A program made the position numbers and the translations under genes. DNA of 64,000 bases from Lysobacterales bacterium (GTDB lineage Bacteria; Pseudomonadota; Gammaproteobacteria; Xanthomonadales; SZUA-5). Shown one piece after another: positions 31,959 through 41,620 of the stretch. A model generated the notes under the pieces. It had not been told where the DNA came from. It ran no database searches and worked only from the letters and a program-made list of their open reading frames with translations. The stretch covers positions 32,001 through 96,000 of the forward strand of contig JALHMH010000014.1 in NCBI GenBank assembly GCA_022844165.1, in the 5' to 3' direction. Position 1 is the stretch's first letter. Each line of letters begins with the position of its first letter.

Positions 31959-33055
31959 GTCAAGTACTGCCTTCCTTGAGCGGCTCTCGAGTTTTCGGAC
32001 TCGACCTGATGCGCGCGACCTCTCTGCTGATGATCATGTGCGTGCACAGTTCGCCACTGTTCGTCGCTCACTCGATGGCTGGCGCACGCGCAATGATTCC
32101 GTTCGGTGTGATCGCTGTCGAGACGTTTTTCGTTTTGAGCGGGTTTCTGATCGGTCAGATTCTGCTTCGAGTTGCCGATGGCCGGCTCAGTTTGAAGGGT
32201 TTTTTGCTGCGGCGCTGGTTCCGAACTCTGCCGAACTACTACCTTTTCCTGATCCTAAACTTCCTGGTCTACGCTCTCGTGCTCGACATGCAGGTAGGGG
32301 ACTGGCGTTATTTCCTGTTCGCGCAGAACCTCATTGAGCGCATGCCGTTGTTTTTCTTTCCGGAGAGTTGGACGCTCGCTGCAGAAGAGTGGTTTTACTT
32401 CGTTACGCCGATCATGCTGGTCATTGCGCGCGTGCTGCTCGGCCCCGGGCAGCGCGCGTTTTTTGCCGTCGCTATCCTCGCATTGCTGTTGTATCCGGTG
32501 TTACGGATCATCGCGGTGGCGACGGGCGAACCCCATTGGGATGACGATATTCGCAAAGTCGTTTACTTGCGCCTCGACACGATGATGTTCGGTGTTGCGC
32601 TGGCCGGTGTAAAACACTACCTCCCTCATGTCTGGCAGCGTCTGGGCGGCAATCTGGCAATCGCCGGTGCGCTGCTCTTGCTGGGATGGTTGGTGGTTTA
32701 TGCGCTGATCGATATCGAAGCCCATGAGTGGTTGGCAGTGCTGACGTTTAGCGTGGTGCCTGCCGGCTGCGCCGCATTCTTGCCGTATCTGGATCGCTGG
32801 CAACGTGCGTCGAGTGCTTTCTGGGACCGGTGGATTACGAATTTGAGCCTATGGTCGTATTCGATGTACCTGCTGCACTTTTTGCTGATGATGGTGCTCC
32901 TGAAGTTTGGATTCGAACTGGCCAGTCGCTCACTACTCGCGGCGGTCGCGATGGTGGTGGCCTGGGGATTCGTAGTGGGCCTGATCGGTGCGCAGGTGTA
33001 CCGCAGGTTTGAATTGCCATGCACCAATTTGCGCGATCGGTTTTCGCGCCCCTGA
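31955..33055 (+). CDS. Acyltransferase family 3 (OafA-like) membrane O-acyltransferase
   Basis: GLDLMRA, FFVLSGFLI, RRWFRTLP, SWTLAAEEWFY, SYSMYLLH. Confidence 0.9.
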   Translation: MSQVLPSLSGSRVFGLDLMRATSLLMIMCVHSSPLFVAHSMAGARAMIPFGVIAVETFFVLSGFLIGQILLRVADGRLSLKGFLLRRWFRTLPNYYLFLILNFLVYALVLDMQVGDWRYFLFAQNLIERMPLFFFPESWTLAAEEWFYFVTPIMLVIARVLLGPGQRAFFAVAILALLLYPVLRIIAVATGEPHWDDDIRKVVYLRLDTMMFGVALAGVKHYLPHVWQRLGGNLAIAGALLLLGWLVVYALIDIEAHEWLAVLTFSVVPAGCAAFLPYLDRWQRASSAFWDRWITNLSLWSYSMYLLHFLLMMVLLKFGFELASRSLLAAVAMVVAWGFVVGLIGAQVYRRFELPCTNLRDRFSRP

Positions 33056-33123
33056 GCGCGCGCAGCGGGCGCTGGCTGGCTGACCTCAGATAAAATGGCG
33101 GCCTGAATTCCGCGAGGCACGCC

Positions 33124-34791
33124 ATGAGCTTTCTTCAAGCGCCGCCGCAACTGGTCAATCCGTTCCACAGCGATCGTGTGCTGCAATCGGGTTTACGTCG
33201 CGTGCTCACACGCACCGAATTTGAAGCTTTGTGCGACGTCGCCATGGAACTCGGTCAATTGGTCGCCGATGAGCTGTATCCACAGCAGTTGGCAGAGCGT
33301 CTCATGGAGCCGGCGCACACGGCGTTCGATGCGTGGGGTCGGCGTGTCGATCAAATTTCGCTGACGCCATTGTGGCAACGCTTTCCGCACATCGCTGCTC
33401 GTTACGGTCTGGTCTGGCGCGGCTACGACAAGGCCTTGGGTCCACACGCACGGTTGATGCAGTTTGCCCTGGTCTATCTCAGCTGCGCCGCGAGCGATTT
33501 TTATGCCTGCCCGTTGGCGATGACCGATGGTGCCGCGCGCGCGCTGATCGAAAGTGGCAACGAAGCACTGATCCGGCGAGCGGTGGGCCGCTTTACGGCT
33601 CGGCGTGGCGAGTTGTTATGGACGTCTGGCCAGTGGATGACAGAGACGACGGGTGGCTCGGATGTTTCGCGCAGTCAAACGCGGGCCGTGCACGATGGCG
33701 AAGTCTGGCGCCTGTATGGGCGTAAGTGGTTCACTTCTGCGGCGACCTCGGAGGCGGCCTTGCTGCTGGCCAGGCCGGACGGAAACCCCGATGGATCGGA
33801 AGGACTGGCGCTGTTCTATATCGAACCGCGAGATTCTGCGGGCCGTTTGCACCACATAAGGGTCGATCGACTCAAGGACAAGCTCGGTACGCGCAAATTG
33901 CCGACTGCCGAATTGACACTCGACGGCGCACCTGCGCAGTTGGTCGGCAACGATCGCCACGGAATTCGCTTGATCGCGCCGGTACTCAATCAAACCCGTG
34001 TCTGGAACACGTTTGCTGCGCTTTCTTACTACCGTAGAGGCCTGATGCTGCTGCGCGACTATGCCGCTCGCCGCCAGATCGGCGGCCTCACGCTCGCGCA
34101 CCTGCCGTTGCAACAGGACACCTTCGCGGGTCTGCTGGCCGAATTCGAGGCGGGCCTGCATCTTGCGTTGCATGTGGCCGAGCTGATGGGGAAAAGCGAA
34201 CATGGCCAGCTCGACGATCGACATCGCGTCCTGTTACGGCTCTTGATCCCGATCGCCAAACTTCTCACCGCAAGGCAAACGATCGCAGGGCTGAGTGAAA
34301 TCGTTGAGGGATTCGGGGGCGCCGGATATCTTGAAGATACCGGCATCCCTGGGTTGATGCGCGACGCCCAGGTTTTCAGCATCTGGGAAGGCTCCACCGA
34401 TGTTCTGGCGCTCGATGCGATGCGGGTATTGGTCGCCGAAGGCACATGGGCCGCGTTGCAGGCGGCACTGTTTGCACTCACTGCACAGGCGACCGGGCTC
34501 TTCGATCGGGAACTGCCGCAATTACGTACGGCATTCGATGCGGCAAAACAATCGCTCAGCGGGCATGCCAATCGCTGCGAGCGTGACGCAAGAGCGCGTG
34601 GCGTAGCCATGACGATCGGACGTTGTTATGCGTTCGCGTTGCTCGCGAGGCATGCGTGTTGGGCGAGCATGGCCGAACAGGACAGGCGGCCTGCCGCCGC
34701 GGCTCGCCGGTTCTTGGCGCATGGACTCAATCGCTGCTACGACACACCGCGGGCGGATTCGCAGCAGTTGGCATTGGATGAGTTTCCATGA
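33124..34791 (+). CDS. Acyl-CoA dehydrogenase (AidB-like clade)
   Basis: CPLAMTDGA, SGQWMTETTGGSDV, GRKWFTSA, RLKDKLGTR, GGAGYLED, IWEGS. Confidence 0.9.
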   Translation: MSFLQAPPQLVNPFHSDRVLQSGLRRVLTRTEFEALCDVAMELGQLVADELYPQQLAERLMEPAHTAFDAWGRRVDQISLTPLWQRFPHIAARYGLVWRGYDKALGPHARLMQFALVYLSCAASDFYACPLAMTDGAARALIESGNEALIRRAVGRFTARRGELLWTSGQWMTETTGGSDVSRSQTRAVHDGEVWRLYGRKWFTSAATSEAALLLARPDGNPDGSEGLALFYIEPRDSAGRLHHIRVDRLKDKLGTRKLPTAELTLDGAPAQLVGNDRHGIRLIAPVLNQTRVWNTFAALSYYRRGLMLLRDYAARRQIGGLTLAHLPLQQDTFAGLLAEFEAGLHLALHVAELMGKSEHGQLDDRHRVLLRLLIPIAKLLTARQTIAGLSEIVEGFGGAGYLEDTGIPGLMRDAQVFSIWEGSTDVLALDAMRVLVAEGTWAALQAALFALTAQATGLFDRELPQLRTAFDAAKQSLSGHANRCERDARARGVAMTIGRCYAFALLARHACWASMAEQDRRPAAAARRFLAHGLNRCYDTPRADSQQLALDEFP

Positions 34792-34864
34792 GGCATCGGC
34801 GCGGTTCGCTTTTCTGTGCGCGATTCGCTATTGAAGCGCCACCTGTGGTCCTCGAGCGCAAACC

Positions 34865-35350
34865 ATGAATGAACTCTGCATTGTGACGACTGGCGGCACG
34901 ATCGACAAAATCTACTTCGATGACCTGTCCCAATTTCAGATCGGCGAGCCGGAAATCGGCAAGATCCTCTCTCAGTTCGGGGTGAATTTGAAGTTCGATG
35001 TGATCGCGCTGATGCGCAAAGACAGCCTGCACATCACGAGCGACGACCGTGAGCTGATTCGGCGGACCATTGCGGCGCAGCCGCATCGCCATGTGCTGGT
35101 GACGCACGGGACCGATACGATGATCGAAACTGCCAAAGTGCTCGCCGGAATCGATGATAAAGTCATCGTGCTGACAGGTGCTTTGAATCCTGCACGGTTC
35201 CAGGCGTCAGATGCGGTGTTCAACATCGGCTGCGCGATCGGCGCGTTGCAATGCCTTTCGCCTGGCGTTTTCATCGCCATGAGCGGCCGCGTGTGGGATC
35301 CGCTTAAGGTCCGCAAGAACCGGGACGCGAACCGTTTCGAAGCGATGTAG
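34865..35350 (+). CDS. Short asparaginase-domain protein
   Basis: TTGGTIDK and VTHGTDTM catalytic Thr motifs; 161 aa, N-terminal domain only. Confidence 0.85.
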   Translation: MNELCIVTTGGTIDKIYFDDLSQFQIGEPEIGKILSQFGVNLKFDVIALMRKDSLHITSDDRELIRRTIAAQPHRHVLVTHGTDTMIETAKVLAGIDDKVIVLTGALNPARFQASDAVFNIGCAIGALQCLSPGVFIAMSGRVWDPLKVRKNRDANRFEAM

Positions 35351-35374
35351 CCTGCTGTCGCGGTCACGCGCTTT

Positions 35375-36976
35375 GTGCCGCTGGGTTCCGATAGCCTCGT
35401 TGAATCTTCCCCGTACAGGTCAAACTTGTCCAGAATATCGATTCACACTTTGGTCTTGCTGTTGGCGATTCCCCATCTGGTGCCACTGCTCGCCACTGGC
35501 GTCGGCTGGTGGCGGGCAGACCCGGAGGTCCTGGCACACCTTCGTTTGTACGTGCTTCCGGATGCTCTGGTGCACACCGTGTGGATTTCGCTGGGTGTGG
35601 TGCTCGTCACCGCATTGCTCGGTATAACTTTGGGTGCACTGGTGGCGTTGTGCGAGTTTCCGGGGCGCCGTTGGCTGCGTTGGGCCTTGGTCTTGCCCAT
35701 TGCCTTGCCAGGATATGTGCTTGCGGTCGCGTGGATCGGATTGATGGACTACACCGGTCCGATTGCGTCGGCACTGCGTGAGATCGGCCTCGGGTGGCCC
35801 GAATTTCGTTCGATGCCCGGTGTGGTTTTTGTGCTGAGCTTATCGCTATACCCCTATGTGTACCTGGTTGCTCGGGAGGCATTTGCCTCGCAAGGGGCGC
35901 GTGCCATGGAAGTTGCGCGTGCGCTCGGACATCGACCATTGCGCGCGCTCCTCCAGGCTGCTTTGCCTTTGGCGCGTCCGGCCATTGTTGGAGCCTTGCT
36001 TTTGGTCGCGATGGAAGTGCTCGCCGATTTTGGAACGGTCTCGGCGTTCAACATCGATACGCTGACGGTTGCGATCTACAAAGCCTGGTTCGCACTGTTT
36101 TCGCTGGAGTCGGCGCTGGCGCTGGCCGGCGTTCTGTTGGTTCTGGTCATCGGCTTAAGTGCCTTAGAAATGCGCTGGCGAGGTCGTCGGCGTTTCGATA
36201 GCGTCGGCAGCGCGCCTGCTCGGCGAATCGTCGTTGGTACTTGGGCGACGGTGGTCTGCATCCTCGTGCTCCTGCTGGCGTTGGCAATTCCGGTTGGGCG
36301 CCTGTTCTGGCTGGTCTGGCTCAGCGAAGGCGATTGGCCATGGCGTTTCGCGCAGAATTCAGTGCTGCTTGGCGGCATGGCCGCAGCCAGCGCTGCCGCA
36401 GCTGCAACAGTTTTCGCCGTGGCCGCGCGCGAAGTGCCCACGTTGCTGACGCATGGCGCCAAACGCCTCGCGCTCACCGGATACGGAATGCCGGGTGCGC
36501 TGCTGGCGATCGGCCTGTATGTTCCCGTCGCAGCATTGAATGCGTGGCTTGCAGAATTCGCTCAAGTCGATTGGGCAATTCAGGGCAGTGTTCTATTGCT
36601 GGTTCTGGCCTTGACCGTGCGCTTCAGCGCGGTTGCATTGGCGCCGATTGATGGCGCGCTGGCCCGAATACGTCCCACGCTGATCGATAGCGCGCGTGGA
36701 CTTGGCATCAGCGGCTTGTCCTTGGTCGCCAAAGTGCATCTACCCTTGCTGCGCAGCGGCCTGTTGGTTGGGTTGTTGCTGGTGGCAATCGACACGATGA
36801 AAGAGATGCCGATCACTTTGATGATGCGACCCTTCGGTTGGGATACGTTGGCGACTCGGGTATTCGAATTGACCCAGGAGGGGCGTTGGGCCGAAGCGGC
36901 CATGCCTTCACTGTTGATTGGATTGGTCGGGTTGCTGCCCATATTCTGGCTGGAGCGTGGCCATGCTAGAACTTGA
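35375..36976 (+). CDS. Fe(III) ABC transporter permease (FbpB-like)
   Basis: Two permease repeats (LYPYVYL..EVARALG; DSARGLG..KVHLPLL), LADFGTV, MKEMPITL; start uncertain. Confidence 0.88.
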   Translation: MPLGSDSLVESSPYRSNLSRISIHTLVLLLAIPHLVPLLATGVGWWRADPEVLAHLRLYVLPDALVHTVWISLGVVLVTALLGITLGALVALCEFPGRRWLRWALVLPIALPGYVLAVAWIGLMDYTGPIASALREIGLGWPEFRSMPGVVFVLSLSLYPYVYLVAREAFASQGARAMEVARALGHRPLRALLQAALPLARPAIVGALLLVAMEVLADFGTVSAFNIDTLTVAIYKAWFALFSLESALALAGVLLVLVIGLSALEMRWRGRRRFDSVGSAPARRIVVGTWATVVCILVLLLALAIPVGRLFWLVWLSEGDWPWRFAQNSVLLGGMAAASAAAAATVFAVAAREVPTLLTHGAKRLALTGYGMPGALLAIGLYVPVAALNAWLAEFAQVDWAIQGSVLLLVLALTVRFSAVALAPIDGALARIRPTLIDSARGLGISGLSLVAKVHLPLLRSGLLVGLLLVAIDTMKEMPITLMMRPFGWDTLATRVFELTQEGRWAEAAMPSLLIGLVGLLPIFWLERGHART

Positions 36977-37979
36977 ATCGGTCAGCGTGGCCTATGGTCA
37001 GCAACGCGTAGTGCATGATCTGACGGTGAAACTGGGGAAGGGGCAGGTGGCTTGTATGCTGGGGCCATCGGGTTCTGGCAAGACCAGCGTGCTGCGTGCG
37101 ATTGCCGGGTTCGAACCGATCGTTTCGGGTGAGATTCGTGTTGCGGATCGGTTGCTGTCGAATGCGTCGCAACGAGTGGCGCCCGAAGATCGCCATATCG
37201 GCATGGTGTTTCAGGATTTCGCGCTGTTGCCGCACCTGACGGTGGCACAGAATATCGCTTTCGGACTACATCGCGATTCCAGATCCAAACGCGAGTCTCG
37301 CGTGCGGGAGATGCTGGATTTTGTGCAACTCGATGCACGCGATAAATACCCGCACGAGCTGAGCGGCGGTATGCAGCAGCGAGTCGCGTTAGCCCGTGCG
37401 TTAGCGCCGATGCCGAGCTTGTTGTTAATGGATGAGCCCTTCGCCAATCTGGATGCGGGCCTTCGCGAGCGGCTGTCGATTGAACTTCGCGAGCTACTCG
37501 AGCGCGCAGCGATGACGACGTTGATCGTCACCCATACGCAAAATGAGGCATTTGCCTTGGGTGATCAGCTTGGCGTGATGATGGCCGGGCGCCTCCGGCA
37601 ATGGGCCACTCCGTACGTTGTTTATCACGAACCTGCCGATATCGATGTTGCGCAGTTCGTCGGCGAGAGCGCTTTGATTCAAGGGCGGTGCGGCAACGGC
37701 GGCGTCGACTGTGCGCTCGGAATGTTGGCGACACGGTCTTGCGTTGCCGACGACGTGCGCTTGTTGTTACGGCCAGACGATATTGTGCACGACGATACTT
37801 CTGCGGTGACCGCACGCGTGTTACGCCGGGCATTCCGGGGCGCGGAGTTTCTGTATACCCTGGAGCTCGACAATGGTGAGCGCGTGCTCAGTCTTGTGCC
37901 GTCTCACCACCAGCACGCGATCGGCGAACGAATCGGCATACGGCTGGATGTCGAGCACGTTGTGTGTTTCGCACGCTAA
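36963..37979 (+). CDS. Fe(III) ABC transporter ATP-binding protein (FbpC-like)
   Basis: GPSGSGKT, VFQDFALLPHL, LSGGMQQRVALARA, DEPF, C-terminal TOBE-like region. Confidence 0.9.
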   Translation: MLELESVSVAYGQQRVVHDLTVKLGKGQVACMLGPSGSGKTSVLRAIAGFEPIVSGEIRVADRLLSNASQRVAPEDRHIGMVFQDFALLPHLTVAQNIAFGLHRDSRSKRESRVREMLDFVQLDARDKYPHELSGGMQQRVALARALAPMPSLLLMDEPFANLDAGLRERLSIELRELLERAAMTTLIVTHTQNEAFALGDQLGVMMAGRLRQWATPYVVYHEPADIDVAQFVGESALIQGRCGNGGVDCALGMLATRSCVADDVRLLLRPDDIVHDDTSAVTARVLRRAFRGAEFLYTLELDNGERVLSLVPSHHQHAIGERIGIRLDVEHVVCFAR

Positions 37980-38021
37980 CGAGGCTTCGCCGCAGACCGC
38001 CGGGCATCCTGCACTGACACC

Positions 38022-39350
38022 TCAGATTGCGCCGCGGCGCTTCAATTCAGTGTAGCGGTTGACCAAGGCCAAGGGTAGTGCGGCAGGTTCGACATCGATG
38101 CAGGGAATGCGTGCAGCTTCGAGTCGCGCAAAACTTCGCTGGCGATCGAGCAGATATTGTGCGGTGGCGGCATGTGTCAGCGCACTGTCGAGATTGTCGA
38201 CTGGTGCGCGCAGAGCCGCTTCCAGTATGTACTCGCGCAACGATGCGACCACCACAAGGTGACGCTGTCGGAGCAGGGAGATGGCTGGCTTCAGGGTGTC
38301 GTCGTCTTCATCGCGCAGGTTGGTGATGATGACCACGAGGCTGCGTTTTCGATTCAAGCCCATCAATCGCACAGCCGCAGCGTAATAGTCGGGTACGGCG
38401 AGGCTCGCTTGCAAGTCGAACGTGGCCGCCATGAGTGCGGTGACCGTACTCTGAGACTTGCGTGGCGGCAGGTATCGATCGATGCCGCCAAAGGTCAGCA
38501 AGCCCACCGCATCTCCCTGGCGCACCGCCACGTAGGCGAGCATCAACGCGGCGTTGAGCGCGTGGTCCAAATGAGACAAGGCCCCGTCCCGTGCGTGCAT
38601 ACGCCGACCGCAATCGAGCAACAAGAGAATTTGCTGGTCGCGCTCGTCCCGGTATTCGCGAGAAATCAGCTTGCGCACGCGACTGGTGGCTTTCCAGTCG
38701 ATTTGCCGTGGCGCATCGCCTTCGCGGTATTCGCGCAGCTGATGGAAGTCCAGGCCTTCGCCGCGGCGGCGCCTTTGTAGGATGCCCGCTTGCGACAGAC
38801 GATTGTCGGCCGCGAGCAAGGTATAGCCAACCAATGCTGCGAAGTCAGGGTACACGCGAACCGTTTGCGCAATGCCGGCCCGAACGCGTCTGGCCAGCAG
38901 CCCAATGTGCGTCGACAGCCAAAGTTCGGCTGCGGCAAATTGCATTTCGCCGCGTTCCAAAGGCTTCAATCGATACTTGATCTGAACCGTTGCGCCGCGC
39001 GCCAGATGCAGCGATTGCGGCAACGCGTGTGTCTCGCAATGCGCTGGATAGTGGTCGATCACGCGCAGAAAGAAGCCGATCTGTGTGCCTTCAACGGCCA
39101 GAATGACGTCATGTTCGACACCAACCGCCAGTGCGTGGTTAACTTGGCGCTTGACGCTGGGGACGCGCGCACGAAGCAACTGCACGGCATCGATCGCCAC
39201 GGCAAGGAGAACGATGGCCCCGGCGGCCCACCAGGCCAGGCCAAGCCTGGGGAAAAACGATGCGGCAATCGCAAATACGAGCCAGCCCAACGCCAGCCAT
39301 ACCAGGCGTTGCGTTGGTATCAACCAGCTTCGTGACGACCCATCGCTCAC
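38022..39350 (-). CDS. DUF58 / VWA-like partner of MoxR
   Basis: GLDFHQLREYREGD..RQIDWKATSR, LLLDCGRRM, GDAVGLLTF; N-terminal TMs. Confidence 0.9.
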   Translation of the reverse strand: MSDGSSRSWLIPTQRLVWLALGWLVFAIAASFFPRLGLAWWAAGAIVLLAVAIDAVQLLRARVPSVKRQVNHALAVGVEHDVILAVEGTQIGFFLRVIDHYPAHCETHALPQSLHLARGATVQIKYRLKPLERGEMQFAAAELWLSTHIGLLARRVRAGIAQTVRVYPDFAALVGYTLLAADNRLSQAGILQRRRRGEGLDFHQLREYREGDAPRQIDWKATSRVRKLISREYRDERDQQILLLLDCGRRMHARDGALSHLDHALNAALMLAYVAVRQGDAVGLLTFGGIDRYLPPRKSQSTVTALMAATFDLQASLAVPDYYAAAVRLMGLNRKRSLVVIITNLRDEDDDTLKPAISLLRQRHLVVVASLREYILEAALRAPVDNLDSALTHAATAQYLLDRQRSFARLEAARIPCIDVEPAALPLALVNRYTELKRRGAI

Positions 39351-40330
39351 AAACGCGGCGCCTCGATCTTCTCCAGCAGTTCGGCAATCAGCATGTCGGC
39401 GGTGCGGCCCTCGATCACCAGATCAGCGACTGGGCTGATACGATGTCGCAAAGCGCTTGGCGCAAGCCGTTTGATGTCGTCGGGAGTCACGAAGTCGCGT
39501 CCAGCCAGGAGCGCCAAAGATCGTGCGCAGCGAATGAGTGCGATCGCGCCTCGTGTCGATGCCCCGCTGCCAATGCCGGCGAAATCGCGGGTTTGGCGCA
39601 CAAGACGAAGTACGTAGGCTTCGACGGCTGGATCGACGCGCACACTGGCGGTAATCGCCTGCAGTTTGGCCAGCGTCTCTGGGTTCAGTACCGGCATGAC
39701 TTTGTCGATATTCAGCCGATCGGCGCTGCGCTTTTCGGTGGCGAAGCGAAGAACCGAAAGCTCTTCGCTTTCCGCTGGGTAATCGATCACGACTTTGAGC
39801 AAGAAGCGGTCTAGCTGGGCTTCGGGTAGCGCATAGGTGCCTTCTTGCTCGATTGGATTCTGGGTTGCCAACACCATGAATGGCGGATCGAGTTTGTGCG
39901 CTGCTCCATCAAGCGTGACCTGGCTTTCTTGCATCACCTCAAGCAACGCGGCCTGGGTTTTGGCCGGCGCCCGATTGACTTCATCGGCGAGTACGAAGTT
40001 CGCAAAGACCGGGCCCTTGCGGGTCGTGAATTGACCGTTACTCGGGTCGTATAGCGTATGGCCTGTGACATCCGCAGGCATGATGTCCGGCGTGAACTGC
40101 ACGCGCGAGTAGCGGCCGCCGGATGCGCGTGCCAGGGCTTGAACGAGCAGTGTTTTCCCGAGTCCCGGAACGCCTTCGATGAGCACATGGCCACCACCGA
40201 GTAATGCAGCGATGACTTCTTCGACGACACGATCCTGTCCGAGAAACGCCTGGGCAACGCTGCGTTTCAGGCGCTGCAGGACCTCACCGGCGCGGGCGAG
40301 AGCTTCGATGGGAAGGGTGTTGTCGCTCAT
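39347..40330 (-). CDS. MoxR-family AAA+ ATPase
   Basis: GHVLIEGVPGLGKT, RVQFTPDIMPAD, LADEVNRAPAKTQAALLE, ATQNPIEQEGTY.LPEAQLDRF. Confidence 0.95.
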   Translation of the reverse strand: MSDNTLPIEALARAGEVLQRLKRSVAQAFLGQDRVVEEVIAALLGGGHVLIEGVPGLGKTLLVQALARASGGRYSRVQFTPDIMPADVTGHTLYDPSNGQFTTRKGPVFANFVLADEVNRAPAKTQAALLEVMQESQVTLDGAAHKLDPPFMVLATQNPIEQEGTYALPEAQLDRFLLKVVIDYPAESEELSVLRFATEKRSADRLNIDKVMPVLNPETLAKLQAITASVRVDPAVEAYVLRLVRQTRDFAGIGSGASTRGAIALIRCARSLALLAGRDFVTPDDIKRLAPSALRHRISPVADLVIEGRTADMLIAELLEKIEAPRL

Positions 40331-40333
40331 GAT

Positions 40334-41620
40334 TTACTCCGTGTTGAGCGTTTCGTGGCTGGTGCGCGCATTTTTGCTGTGGATGACGCGGGCCAGTTTG
40401 ATGAGTTGCATGAAAGTCGCAGTGTCGACCGTCAATTCGTGTTGCAGCAGGAGCGCGACCTGACTGGATGAGAACCCATACTGGCGAGTCAGAATGCGTG
40501 CCTTATCCGCTACGTCGCGAAGCGCGAAATTCGGGAACTGCCTTTCGACCTGGCGTTGTGCGGCGCGCTGCGCGGCATCGACCAGATCAGAGCGCGCACC
40601 ACCGTGCCATAACAAGCGTCCCGCCGCTCGCAAATGGTCCAGCAGTCGTCGCCGAATCGGTTGCGGATCGAGCCGCACCGGGCCGAAACGCGGCGCCATC
40701 GCCAGCAACCACAGGACAACCAAAACCCAAAGAGCGATGAGCGCGCGCCAGGCGTTGTTGCTTAGCCACAGCAATAGCCCAGGTTCACGTGGCACCAGAA
40801 ACAGCACTTCATTGGGGGTGCCGGTGTGATTGACCAGACGCCAAAACACTTCGGCGTTGTCGTTGCGCCCGATGGAAAAGTTGGTGACAAAACTGATGTC
40901 GTTGATCGCAGTCACATGGCCATCACCAAGGCCGAAGCTGAAGACGCGAACATCGCCTTCGAATCCAAGCCAAAAATCCGCTTCATAAACTTCACTGCCC
41001 AAAGACTCACCACCGTGAATCGAAAATTTGAAGACTTCGGTCTCGCTCCATGTCGCGTCGAGCAGCATTGGCGAAGACAACAGATGGTTGTTCTTACGAT
41101 CGGTCCAGTCCGAGCCGAACCAGCCAGCGAAGTCATACGAATCGTCGTCCCAGAAGTTGTTGTCACCGTCTTCGGCTTCGGCGTCTTCTCTGTCTTTGCC
41201 TTGTTCTTCATGGTCATGGGCTTCGTCGACCTCGCGCTCAGCGCGCGTCACGCCCAACGCATCGAGCAGCGGATCTTCGTTGTCCAGCCACTCGGATTCG
41301 ACGATAACGTGTGCACCAGCCTTGATCTCTTCGATGAGCCGCTCGGACGTGCGCGGCGATACTGCACCTCGTAAGGCTGGGATCACGGCAACCATGTCCG
41401 GCGCCAATGCTGGCCGCTGCTGCAAACCTTGCACGGTTTGCGCAGAGACTTGCTGGCTCTTGAGGATGCGTTCGGCAACTTCGAAACGATCGGTGTAAGC
41501 GATTGGCAATGGGCGCACCGGCACGGTCTCAGTGACCCGTTCATGGGAGTTCAGAAACGCCACCGCACCGACCACGATGACGACTACAAGCGCGACAATG
41601 GCCCAAATCGTGCGCCTCAT
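40334..41620 (-). CDS. DUF4350-like membrane-anchored protein
   Basis: N-terminal TM, GDGHV...NFSIGRNDNA, C-terminal TM followed by PRFGP..RRRLLDHLRAAG; operon position. Confidence 0.75.
   Translation of the reverse strand: MRRTIWAIVALVVVIVVGAVAFLNSHERVTETVPVRPLPIAYTDRFEVAERILKSQQVSAQTVQGLQQRPALAPDMVAVIPALRGAVSPRTSERLIEEIKAGAHVIVESEWLDNEDPLLDALGVTRAEREVDEAHDHEEQGKDREDAEAEDGDNNFWDDDSYDFAGWFGSDWTDRKNNHLLSSPMLLDATWSETEVFKFSIHGGESLGSEVYEADFWLGFEGDVRVFSFGLGDGHVTAINDISFVTNFSIGRNDNAEVFWRLVNHTGTPNEVLFLVPREPGLLLWLSNNAWRALIALWVLVVLWLLAMAPRFGPVRLDPQPIRRRLLDHLRAAGRLLWHGGARSDLVDAAQRAAQRQVERQFPNFALRDVADKARILTRQYGFSSSQVALLLQHELTVDTATFMQLIKLARVIHSKNARTSHETLNTE

Noticed and set aside
41090-41240. Acidic low-complexity stretch in the DUF4350 protein as an insertion or frameshift
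   Set aside because: The reading frame is intact and such variable acidic loops are unremarkable
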